Assembly: GCA_035084275.1 (NCBI GenBank) | Contig: CM068757.1 | Span: forward strand, 5,332,001 to 5,396,000 | DNA length: 64,000 nucleotides | Direction: 5' to 3' | Origin: Hydrolagus colliei | Lineage: Eukaryota | Part shown: positions 14,386 to 25,878 of the stretch, one piece after another | Layout: each line of letters starts with the position of its first letter | How positions within the stretch are numbered: position 1 is the first letter of the stretch | Notes under the pieces: model-generated | Seen by the model: the letters and a program-made list of their open reading frames with translations, nothing else | Told to the model about the DNA's origin: nothing | Databases searched by the model: none | Program-made: the position numbers and the translations under genes

Positions 14386-15594
14386 ATAAGCAACACCATC
14401 ATGGCTGCCTGCCCTCCTCCACTAGTCGTGTTTCCTTTTCCAATTGTTTTAAATTACTCCTGAAATTGAAAAGAAAGTAAGATTCTGATGCTGCTTTAAT
14501 AGGATCCATCCTTTTAATTGTGTGCGTAATGACACATGGATTTAGCAGGAAAGCAATATTGAGTTAAAAGAAGAATGATGCACAGTGCAGTTTCTGCCTC
14601 AGGAGGTAGATTCAAAGGCCATTATACTTGATTCGTACCGTTTGTTTAATGGATCTCTCTCAAGTCGTCCTTTCTCTCAGTCTTCCTTCCTCTCGTGTTA
14701 CCGATGGCCTCCTTCCATTTTCCATCCCATGGTGTGCATCATCTTTAACAAGGAAAGCATTGAGAAAACCAACAAAGCAAGAATGCCATGGCCATTATCA
14801 AGAGAAAGGTGAGGGACCCAGGTCAACTAACTACCCATGTCCCCACTACCAAATGAGGTTGACGTGCTTTGCCATTGCATTGCACAGCTGCTAGCGGTCC
14901 ACATGGGGAAACACTGAATTGCTGAAGGCCAGCAAGCCCTTCACTCTTGCGAAGCATCGGAATATCTCTCAAAGATAATTGGTGGCAGGAGGCAAGGCTG
15001 TGGTTCTGGGAATTAATTAACATCATAAACAGATTCTTAAAACGCACATTATCGAGAGTGTGGCTCCTGCTCACCAAACATTTTGCTAATCTGCTAAAAA
15101 CGACTTTCTGCGCAACCATCATTATTCTGCAAGCAACCAGGCATACAACAATTAGCCCAAGACATTTTTTTTTGGAGCATAGTAAAAAATCTGCTTTTTG
15201 ATAAAGCGTTTATGAAAAAGACATCAGTCTCAATGTCTCTAGTTTCAAGATAGTCTCAATCAATTATTTATGTTCAATGAAAAATACATTCAAGCTGCTT
15301 CGCAGATTCCAGTTACAGAGTACACGCATTATAGCTGCTCTTATTAGAGCTACAAGCCTCCATAATTAATTTTTAAAATGCATTTCATCGTTAATCACTG
15401 TCTTGTGCCTTGTTAAAATTGTTCTGATTGTAATTAAAATCTCATTCCTAATACAATTTTGGGCACTTGACATCACTGTGAAGAATGCACCAGTAAATAA
15501 TAGTTCACTTTTAGTGTCGTTATTTTTGCATTTATGCTTTTTTTAAAAACAAACGAAATACTTGTACATAATTGTGCCTATTTATGTTTTGGAA

Positions 15595-15785
15595 TTCCTT
15601 TTCGAAAAATAATAATAGTAAATTGGTCACTCAATCCACAGCTGTTAGCGGGACACTGCTATACACAATTGGCTGCCTTGTTTCACCCACAAAATACAGT
15701 CACTTTACAATATATTCTGTGAAGCGCTTTGAGATGTCTCGAAGACATGATAAAGCGTTATATCAAATGCAGTGAAGATTATAAC
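15595..15785 (+). mobile_element. 5'-truncated young SINE
   Basis: Contains aaattggtcactcaatccacagctg, the core, and the tail gaagcgctttgagatgtctcgaagacatgataaagcg. Confidence 0.82.
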
Positions 15786-16167
15786 TCTGATATCCGGGAC
15801 CAAAAGAGAAGCAACCTGATGAGGACTGTTACATAACTATGAGGCTGTGCGGTTTTGACTGGCAAGGTATCTTTCAAGATGATAACAGTCACTGTGTAAA
15901 ATGAGTGTTTCTCAATGTCTAGGATCTTGGAAAAGCCATGTTTAAAAAAAGTAACTGTGCATAGATGAATAGTACAGAATGCAATGTCAGACTGGGGTTT
16001 TGCAGATCCAAATACAGTATATATATCAGGGAAAATGGAAGAACCAATAAGAAATGGAAGCAAATTGGCAAGTGGATGCGGTTAGGCAAAGTCTTTTCAA
16101 TGTAGTTGGTTGGACTTTAAGGGAGTCACATTCCTAAGCTTTGTGCTTCTATCTTTAAGTACAATTG

Positions 16168-16225
16168 ACTACAAAATTATATTTGTATAGCGCCTTTCAC
16201 GTTGAGATGAGGTCCCAGGTTGCTG
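16168..16225 (-). mobile_element. L2-like LINE terminal tail
   Basis: The reverse complement reads cctgggacctcatctcaacgtgaaaggcgctatacaaatataattttgtagt, the same tail as other L2 ends in the window. Confidence 0.8.
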
Positions 16226-16256
16226 GTGAAACATAATACTGGTAGAATAACTATAT

Positions 16257-16358
16257 AATCTCTTTTCGGCGGCACATATACTAAAATTGGAACGCTACTG
16301 AGAAGATTAGCATAGCCTCTGTGCAAAGATAACACACAAATTTGCGAAGTTATTATTT
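16257..16358 (+). pseudogene. RNU6: U6 snRNA processed pseudogene, near full length
   Basis: ttcggcggcacatatactaaaattggaacgctactgagaagattagcatagcctctgtgcaaagataacacacaaatttgcgaag aligns without gaps to vertebrate U6 nt 9-93, with 11 mismatches by hand count. The ACAGAGA box is mutated to ACTGAGA, there is no run of 4 or more T as terminator, and no TATA at about -30. Confidence 0.93.
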
Positions 16359-16420
16359 CCCTCTACCTCCCCCTGCCCTCCACGCTTGGGTCCTGACCTC
16401 TAACTGTCCAGGACGTCCTC
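16359..16420 (+). mobile_element. L2-like LINE sub-terminal 3' fragment directly after the U6 copy
   Basis: C-rich stretch plus cgcttgggtcctgacct(ct)aactgt..ggacgtcctc. This matches the reverse complement of the L2 end near 49480-49520 (cgcttgggtcctgacctaactgtgcaacgccttgggacgt). Confidence 0.8.
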
Positions 16421-16788
16421 ACTGGATACCTAAGGGATTTTCTGAATGATTGTGGTCAGAAGAAAGCCCCTTTGTGGCAATTTCAAAATAAAGTAAAATA
16501 CAAATACTGGGCTGCTTATTAACAATAGACCTTTGTTTCTGTGCTAACCCTCCCCACCCCCACCCCAGCTTTCTTACCAAAAGTGACTGGGTAGCAGAAT
16601 TGGTTAGCAGTCTTTCCTTTCCGATCTGGGCAAGAGGAAGGAAGATATTCTGTGCCCAGCAAACTGAGTCTGAGCATTCTTGAACTCAGTATCAAGCGAT
16701 CCGTCTCACACTTGTGTTCAAAGGCGTTGTGGTCTGTGAAGTGTGAAACAAAAAGCTCACTTTTATTTAAACAACAACATTTTTAAAA

Positions 16789-17534
16789 ATCTTTGCGTTT
16801 AATATAATGGCTTTCACAATGAGAAGACGCCTCAACGTACTGTGAATTCGCTGTGAATTATGGAGATTGTATTTTTGTAAGTGAACGTGGCAGCCAATTT
16901 GGGCACTGCAGTGTCCCACAAACAACCCTGCACTCAATGATCAAATTTATGCAAGGGATCATTGTCGAAGACACTGAGAGAAGCTTCCTTCTCTTTTTGA
17001 ATAGTGCTTTGGGATCTTAAAAGTCCACCTGAATAAGCAAACGGGGTCTTGGTTTAATGTCTCATCCAAAGGACAGCACCTCCCAACAATGCAGTGAACT
17101 TCCAGCACTGCGTTGGAACATCAGATTACCCTAGACCATGTTACCCTAGATCTTTCTCCCTCATCTTCCTCCCTGACCTTACCCCACCAACCTTTCACTC
17201 CCTCTTCCCCCTTGCCCTCTTTCCCCCCTTTTCCCTTAATCCCACTTCCATGACTGTTTGTGGGACACTGCTGTGCACAATTTGGCTGCCGCATTTCGTC
17301 CACAAATATACAGTCAATTTTCCTACTCTTCTTCATCTTGCCCCGACCCCTCCCTCCCTGCTCTTGTCCCTACCTAACTGTACAGCGCCTTGGGACTTCC
17401 TCTCCATGTGAAAGGCGCTATATAAATGTAAGGGTTGGTTGGTTGATTGATTGATTGATTGATTGATTGGGGCTTGAACCCATAGCTTTCCGACTCAGAG
17501 GCAAGAGTTGTACTAACTGAGCTGGGTTGACACC
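16789..17534 (-). mobile_element. DeuSINE-type element split by a nested plus-strand insertion
   Basis: Tail and Deu body at ~16789-17118, head (ggcttgaacccatagctttccgactcagaggc...) at ~17468-17534. The intervening sequence is in the opposite orientation. Confidence 0.75.
17433..17468. repeat. (GGTT)n(GATT)n compound microsatellite
   Basis: ggttggttggttgattgattgattgattgattgatt, replacing the usual (TTG)n end of an L2-type tail. Confidence 0.9.
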
Positions 17535-19474
17535 ATTTAAACCCACACCCTTGAATAATTCTACCTGCCGTCATACACGTGCATCTATGAAATTAGTATT
17601 TTGAAGACGTGCGTTTCTAATATCGGGAGATTGCAATTTGTGTGTTAAAGGTTGCTGTCTTTGGGAAAAGCATTTGCTCAGCTTTTTCACATTAGAGAGG
17701 GAGAAGAGCTGTCATTTTCCTGCAGTGTCAGCTTGTGCCAGCGATGTGCCTTCAAAACAATTATACCACGGTATGCATGTGTATTTGTAAACGAGCAGAA
17801 AAACAGAATCACCCTTTTCTTATGAAGACCATTGCCCTGTAAAGAGTGCGAAACTGAGGACGTGAAGGAACATTGCACATAAATGATGGATTCGTAAATT
17901 CTATTTTTTGTAACTTCAGCGATTGTTTATGTATTTTAAGTAACCTATCAGTGCGTTATCACCCCTGTCCGAATGAGTGATTGAAGCAGATTGCCTAGAT
18001 GTAGTTAAGAGGCACAAGGAAGAGGGAATAGAAAAGGATAATAGAAAAGGATGGTGGGGTGGGGGGAGGTGGGAATGGGAAATTTGTGTGGAATACAAAC
18101 ACTGGAAAGGACTCATAGGGGACAAATAGCCTTTTCTTCAATCACCAGTTTTAACAGGCTAACAGTTTAACTGCTGTTGAAAACTCTTAGGAAGTCATTC
18201 CACATGCGGGAATTCCCAGTCACTCCACATGACACACATGTGTCACACACACTTTCTGAGGTCTTATCGTTTGTTCAACGTTGTGTTCCACATTTTCCAA
18301 AGATATTTTGGGAGGTAGAGTGAACTACCTATGGTAATGAGTCCCATCTGTACCTTTACCCGTTCTGATCATCTTGACATGCCCCTGACTGCAGTACCTG
18401 TGAGTTACTCCTTTGTTTCATACCAGTATAGCAGCTGCTGCACTCTTCGATGGCAAAGAGATTGTCTTGGGTCTTTCAATGCATTCCCCTGCCTTTGCAT
18501 GTTAGCGTACTCTAACATTAAACCTCTCTTTACTGTTACCCAAATATTAGTTAGTCTTCTGGGGATCTGTCACAGATCAAGTGGGAACACTAGCAATCTT
18601 TTTGCTCCATGTTTATAATGTGATCGGTAGTTGATGTACCTCTTTGTCCTGTATTGAATTGTTCTTGTAGTTCACCTCATTATTCTTCATATTGCTGAAT
18701 ACAGTGGTGTGCATGTGTCACACTGACGCATGATTATACTGTATTAAGAAACCAACCCACAGAATATCTGCTGCCTGTACAATTTGCGAGCTGCAGACAG
18801 CATGGGCATGCCTCTGAAGTCAAACACAATATGTATTGAGATGGCTTTTCTTATGTCTTTAAGGGCTTTGCCTTTCAAGGCATTGGTTTCCACTGTGTCC
18901 TGCCATTTACAGTGGCAATCGTGGCCAGATTGGGTGTCTGGATGTTTCATGTAATAAAATGATGAGCCAACTCTTGGGATGATTCAGAAATTGCCCTGAA
19001 GAAACGCTCGCTTGCCATAGACAAAGTGCCAGGTTTCCTGGTGGTTTTGTGGAGTCCTCAACATTGTGCTTCAGTGAAAAATGTCCTCATTGCTGCCAAG
19101 AGTCTTGTCTTGTAATCCAGTTTAGGAAGATCCCAGTTACTCACCCATCACCTCAGATTTTAGTGAAGCAAATACCTGCTGAGAAATAAGCATTCAAATA
19201 AAACCTTTTGCTAAATCTGCAGGTGTCCTTTTGTGAGTCTTGAGATGAATCAATACTGATGCTTCTGCTTGGAGAATTGGAGCACTTTGCTGCACCATGA
19301 GCTGATTCATAGCTGTGCTGCTTGTATTCATCTATTCAGTGTGTGGCATCTTCTGGTAGAGTTCATTTTGTACGAGGGAGTTGCGAGTTGACAGGAATTA
19401 GAATGATATTTCTTAGGAGGGAATAAGTTGAGAGATAATACAAATTAGACCCTATTGATAATAAAGAATCCAAT

Positions 19475-19862
19475 GTGTCAGGCTGGCTTGCAGGTTCAAG
19501 CCCCACATCAATATACTGTATTGAAATCATAGTCTAAGACTGACACTCCAATGCAGTGCTGAGAGAGTGCTGCATTGCTACAGCTGCCATCATTTGGATG
19601 AGACGTTAAACCAAGGACCCATCTGCCTGTTCAGGTGGACTTTTACAGATCCAAAGGCACTATTCAAAGAGAAGAGAGTTTTGCTCGTTGACCAGGCCAA
19701 CATTCCCCCAAATCAAATTTGTCTCTCATTTCATGGCTATTCGTGGGACATTGCTGTGTGAAAACGTGACTTGCCTACAAAAAAAACAGTTACTGCCATT
19801 CGCATTAAATTCTGTGAAGTTCTTTGCAATTTCCTCCTGTGAAAGGCACTATATAAAAGGAA
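19475..19862 (+). mobile_element. Older DeuSINE-type element (SacSINE1/AmnSINE-like) with complete Deu domain
   Basis: ctgacactccaatgcagtgctgagagagtgctgc...ggatgagacgttaaaccaaggacccatctgcctgttcaggtgga...gatccaaaggcactattcaaaga matches the Deu-domain consensus as I recall it, and the element ends in an L2-type tail. Confidence 0.78.
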
Positions 19863-20754
19863 AAAAATAATCCCACACAGGAATACGGGGATTGTTAGAA
19901 TGTAAAACGACCAGGGCCCTGGAACGCTTTAAACCATGCAGGAAAATAGTTACTTTGCGGTTCTGTGGTTATCTGTGTCGTCTTTTGACTGAAATAAGTC
20001 AAATGCATTGCTGATTTTAGCTGGGAACAGGCATGGCCAATTACACAGGCAGGTGCCTCATTTTGATACCGCAGCATTAAGATAAATGGTTGCCTTCAGG
20101 TATAGAAATGAAAAGAATTAGGAAATTAAAGATGATATGAAGCTGTTTGATATCACTGCCGAAGATGTAGCGCTAGCTGCAATGTCCCTCATTAACAGTA
20201 CTCAGCATCCAGTGCTCGGTCTGCCCGTCTCCCAGTGATCGATGCAAAAAGTAATAATTTTAAAAGTCTCTCGGCAAAATCCACAAAATTGTGCATTACA
20301 GCAAATCTATTACTGACCGAGCCTAAAAATCTTCATACATGATTTATATTCCTGGATTCTAGGATTGCAATTAAGATCAACTCAACAGTATTTCTGAATT
20401 GTCTTCCCATACGACAGTACTTTTAATGAGGCACTGTGCTGGTGAAATGAGGATTCATCAGTCTTCAATTTGCTGGGCCAACTTTTGACATTGGCTTTCG
20501 AACAGCGCTTTAGCTCTTCTGGAACCAAGTGGCAGGATTTCCTCTTCATCCATCGACTCTCCCCCTCCCACTTCCAGACCCCCACTCCCTCCCCCACCAA
20601 CACATACACAGACATTCCAGGATCCTTATCACCTTTGCTTCCCCCCCGCCTCCCGCCCGAAAAAAAATAGGATTCAAACGATCTATTTGGTTGAGGATCA
20701 TTGAGCCTGTTTGATCTCGACCTTCCAGAACACTCTGTTCTCTCATCACAATAT

Positions 20755-21050
20755 TCAAACTGTATCAACCACCTTTCCTTCTGTCCCGTTGCATCTTTTA
20801 ATTGCCCCCAGGTAAAGCAATATATCCTGGTGTCTGCCCTGAAATTACTCTTTGCAATGCTGAATTTGTGGCCTCCTGTTCTGTGGATTTGAGAATATTG
20901 TTCTGTGTTTACTCCCTCCCTCTAGCCCATTTTAATTTTTAGATACCTGCAAGATCCCCTCTGAGATGTCACCTTTCAAGCTTGAGAAGCCCTAGCTAGC
21001 GTGTCTAATTGTCGTTCGTAGCTCATTCCTCCAACACTGAACCCTTTTTC
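20755..21050 (-). mobile_element. Degenerate CR1-like fragment
   Basis: The motifs ctgaaattactctttg..tgaatttgtggcctcctgttct and atttttagatacctgcaagatcccctct resemble reverse-complemented CR1 ORF2 3' sequence. Confidence 0.55.
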
Positions 21051-22404
21051 TACAGCTTCTCAGGTGGATATTATTACTGGTCTTCAAAGTTTCAATGTAA
21101 TTGTTAAATGGGGATTCGGCAAATCATGAGTGTGCCAAACTGTCAGGGGGAGAATATCGCACAGATTTACTGAAAGAATGTGATTGAGTTACACAGGGCT
21201 CTGGCTGCCAATGTCGCCGCAGCCATATAGGGAAATAAATGTCAATTGTGAATATAAAGAAGAAATATATTCCCCCATCTATGTGTGCACAAATACATAC
21301 ATATATGTCGCGAAATCCAGGTCTGATTGCCACATGTTTCTTCAGATAACTTCAGATAACATTTCCGTTCATAAGAAAATATATACCGTACATAATTATT
21401 CATTAAGCATAATGAATAGTGCTTGTGAAATCAGAATAATTATAATGTAATGGTAATTAATAATAATAATCATTAGCAATGAATATTTGAAGACATTGGC
21501 ATATTTTTCCTGGGATTTCAATTGTTTACTGCCTGTGCTTTGACACTGGAACTCGAGACAAGCATACAGGTTCTAATTCCTAAATATTTAATACAAGAGA
21601 ACGTGGATATGCCCAGAGGTAAAAATGGGCTTTCCTGTTGTTCTAACACCAGATAAACCCTCACCACTGAATTCGTTGTCGTTTGATTGAAATGTGAATG
21701 TGCCCTCTAATGAGTCCATTTTCATCTGTTTCCCAATCTTGTCATCGAGGCTCGGCTTCACAGTGGTTGTTGAGGTGCAAAACAAGTCTGGTGTTGAACG
21801 AAACAAATTCCTATCTAATCGAAATCCTCCTTTATCTTTAACCACGCTCCTGATGAATTTTTTTTTTTGAAAAAAGAAACGCAGAACTAGGGCTACAATA
21901 GTGCTGAGTCTCTTTAGGAGATGTGACAGTGAGTTTGAATTTTATTCTCCATTGACTTCGAATCCGTAGGCTTGGATTGCCAGTCCCACTTAGTTAGTGT
22001 TTGAGAGGGATAGAACACTGGCCAGTGCAGAGGGATCCATTTCTGTATTCCAAGTGTGGTCCCTGGTGGATTAACTAAAGAACTGCACTGTAGACATTTT
22101 CATGGGGTGGATTATTCGTAACGTCTTGACATAGTAGAGAATGAATATGAGGCTTATTCATGTGTAAAGATTCACTATGATAACACATTTAGTATTGTTG
22201 CAAAGTCTTATCTAATATCACTTGACTTTAACTGCGCTTACTAAGGTTTTAACAAAATACACTGAAAACACTCAATATAATAATAGCTTAATTTTACAGC
22301 TCAATTTTTGACAATGAGGCCTAGATTGCATTATTCACAGATTGGAGTTATTGAGCTAATCGTGGTTTGTAGATTGCAATTACTGTATCTGATTAGTCGA
22401 TTCC

Positions 22405-22830
22405 TTTACTCTCTTCCATCACCCAGATTCAATTCAAGATCCTGGTCCTCACCTTCAAAGCCCTCCATGGCTTCGCCCCATCCTACCTTTGCAACCTACT
22501 AACCACCTACCAACCTGTCCACAACCTCTGCTCAGCGGGCTCCGGCCTGCTCTATATCCCCTGACCCACCCACCTCATCATCGGTGGGCGAGCCTTCAAG
22601 CACTCTGCTCCCAACCTCTGGAATTCCACCCTGCAGTCCCTCCGCATCGTCCCCTCCCCAGCTTCCTTCAAGTCCCGCCTCAAGACTCATCGACGGTCCA
22701 ATCGGTCACCCCAAATCCCCTCCTTTCTCTCCACCCTCCCCAATATCAACCCCAGCTTAGGTCTGAAACATTGACTGTCCAGTTCCTTGGGAAGTCCTCC
22801 CGACGTGAAAGGTATAATTTTGTTGTTTGT
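22405..22830 (+). mobile_element. L2-clade LINE 3' fragment (ORF2 C-terminus and tail)
   Basis: Translates to IQFKILVLTFKALHGFAPSYLCNLL...IGGRAFKHSAPNLWNS...SFKSRLKTH, typical of the L2 ORF2 end. It finishes ttgggaagtcctcccgacgtgaaagg..aattttgttgtt. Confidence 0.88.
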
Positions 22831-22967
22831 TCAGACATTGCTAACTTGCGATACACAATTTACTCTCTGACAATTTTGCATTCTGACATTTGCTTATACT
22901 GTATTGTAAATTCTGTCTGAATCTACAAACGTTTTGCTTTCCTTTGCTAGCAAACCTGATACTTTGT

Positions 22968-23009
22968 TGCATATGGCTAATTGCCCAACAGGGCAATTAG
23001 CCATATGCA
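22968..23009. repeat. Perfect 19-bp palindrome with 4-nt loop
   Basis: tgcatatggctaattgccc-aaca-gggcaattagccatatgca. Confidence 0.95.
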
Positions 23010-25559
23010 TAATGTGAAGCGCTTTGAGAAGTTTCAACAATGTGATATGGCATTATATCAAATGTAAAGTTTATTATTGTATGATGTTTTATAATGCAAC
23101 TTTAAGCCCCTGATATTCTCTGCAGCCAGTTCGATTATAATGGCCCCAAAACAGTGTCATAATGCAAACCTAAGCTATACCCATGTTGAAACTTTAAAAA
23201 ATTGAACACAACAAATTTATTTACAGTACTATTGAGCCACAAACTATTTCAGAGATCTTAATGGCGATATCTAATACAGTCTAATACAGCACATTATTTC
23301 TGAAGCCTATTGTATCAAAGAGGGGGAAAAATGGGTTGCAGAGGCTTGACGATTGAGCTTGCTCAAAGCTCTTTGTGATCGCTACACTGTGGTGAGGCAG
23401 CAGCATTCTTCAGGATGTAATGCAAGTGGTGGAGAGCCTTGAAATGGTCTCTATAGGAGTAGTTGACATGTAACAAGAAGGTCAAGGGTAGGATTCATCA
23501 GCCTGCCTGCCACTCAATTTGTACGTGGTTTGGATGGGTAACTTCAATTGTCTTCCACTCATTGATTCATCCTGTAGATTGTATTGTGTAGAGTGCTATA
23601 AGAGGTGCCGTCTCGGGGAGAGATAAGCACGGCCGAGTAAAGGAAAAGGAGGAAGAAAAATGTGCTGAAAAAGACAGATGGCGAGGGACGGGATGGCTAA
23701 CTTGCAACAAGCTAATTAGTCAGGCACGTTTCTCACTTGGTTTGCGCGAAGCTTGCACCCCCTCCCAGCCGTTGGGAGATTGGTGTCAAAGGCTACAGCA
23801 TTTCTGATGCTACCGAAGTGTGCAAGACTCAGTCTCGCTGCCAGGTCAGTCAGTGAAGGCTTACGGTTTGTACAGTATGTGCAGTGAGTAAAACATACAC
23901 CGAGTCAGGGTTACAGACCATTGTGGTACTTTCATTACTCGATGGATATCGCAGTCAAAATGGACTAGCTCAACTTGACAGGTCTCATTTGATATTTTTA
24001 GCTCTGGCACAAAATGAGACTTGCCAGTCAGCAAGTGTTTTGCTGCTCAATGCAGAAGAGCAAAGAATATATAAAACAGCATCCCCTCCCACCATAGCGA
24101 AAACAGCCCTGTAGCAAGAACAAATCATTATCACATGCCAAAGTATTGCCAAGTTCACCTCATAAAATTGGGGTACAGAATGGGATACAGTGTGCTCGTT
24201 TTGCTTTATAAAAAAAACTTACACAAATGTTTCAAGTAAACTGTCTACAATGTTGTGAACGTTGTGCCGCTTTTAACTTCGATATGTTATCATCCACCAC
24301 TACACTTTCACCTCAGATGCCAAAAAATGAGTCTGCAAAGCAGATCCTACAGGAGAAAATAGAAGCAATGAGATTTCACGGCCAAACTACAAATAAGCTT
24401 TTGCTGGGAGTATGTTACGTCTATCTCCTGGTCGTTTTCAAATTCTTCTTATGTCTAATACAGCTTTCTAATTTTTAATCTTTACAATTCCTAATCCATG
24501 TTCTTTTGCCCTTATGCTCTAAATCAATTAACCTGCTATCGGATACATTCGCTATTGAATTGAAGAGGTGGCACATTTTGTGATAAGTACCATGTTTCGC
24601 CGAGAAATATACAGTCAATTCACTTTACAGTATATTCTGTGAAGCGCTTTGAGGCGTCTAGAAGACGTGCAAAGCGCTGTATCAAATGCAAGGGTTATTA
24701 TTATGGGCAGAAGTTGTTGGACTCCGCTACTGTAAAGCCCTACAGGCTACATCCATGTAAATGCAAGTTGCTGCTGTTGTGTTCTAGAGTCACGCTATTT
24801 ACCGTGTGTGCTTGAAACTCAAGGCTGCTGTCAACAACAACAACAACTTGCACTTATAACAACACCTTGCAAGCAGGGTAACGCCTCCAGAGTATTCTGA
24901 GTAGGGTCGACAATGAGTATTCATGAAATGGATGACGTAATTTTTTTTAACCACATATTTAAGGTGTTTGGCCAAAAAACAACCACTTGAGTTTGAGCTT
25001 CTGTGGTCATGCCCACACTTTGATGGTGTGCGTGCGCGATGGTGCAATCGAGTGATTGACTTTTCAAGTTATGACCTGCTAAAAAAAAAAATATTGGGTC
25101 CCACCGATTGGATGATATTTACATTTGAAGTATTGATTTTGCTCGTCTGCTGAGGCAGTTGACCTTGATGTAGAGCCTCACCATGACCACAGTGTAGCTA
25201 TTGTCCCATATTTGTCACGCTGACACATTTCAAGAGCTACGCTGTCATACGAGCTCTGATTTTCTAAGCAGCCGGACTAATGTATGGAAGTTTTGTTGTA
25301 TTTGTGTGATACTCATTTTATTTTTAGACGACAGTCAAAATAATAATCAATCGGAATAAAAGAATTGATGGCAAACGGTCAACTTCCTATACTGAACGGA
25401 ATAATAAATTTCACATGTATAAAACACTCCAGCCTTCTACCAGCAGCAAATGTTTTGAATTCCACTGCTCCCGACCTGACTGTTCTGCGCTTTGGGACGT
25501 CCTCTCGACGTGAAAGGCGCCTTATATGTGCCATTTTGTTGTTTGTTGTTGTTGCTTGC

Positions 25560-25878
25560 AGAGTCAGGCAAAATGTCTACACTCAGATAGTTTTGGGGAT
25601 GTGGAATGCCCTGCCCGATAAGATGGGAGAGACAGAGAACACGACTGGCTTTAAGAGGAAAACAGTCATGTATTAGAACAATAGAGCTTGAAAGGGATTG
25701 GGGATAGAGCAAGGCAGCAAGATTGAATGTATAATAATAATGGTCCTTGCATTTGTTATAGCACTTTATCACAACATTGAGACATCTCAAAGTGCTTCGC
25801 AAGATATATTGTTAATTGAATACCTTGCTCTAAGACCCAGTGCAGACTCAATGTACTGAATGGCCTTGTTCTTTTCTG
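25560..25878 (+). mobile_element. CR1-clade LINE 3' end, interrupted by a SINE tail (-, ~25730-25820)
   Basis: VRQNVYTQIVLGMWNALPDKMGETENTTGFKRK resembles the CR1 ORF2 C-terminus (FFTQRVV.WN.LP..VVEA..L..FK). The element ends gcagactcaatg..gaatggcct...catgattctat. Confidence 0.8.

Noticed and set aside
16257-16358. Functional U6 gene
   Set aside because: ACAGAGA box mutated, 5' end degraded, no properly spaced TATA/PSE and no Pol III terminator.
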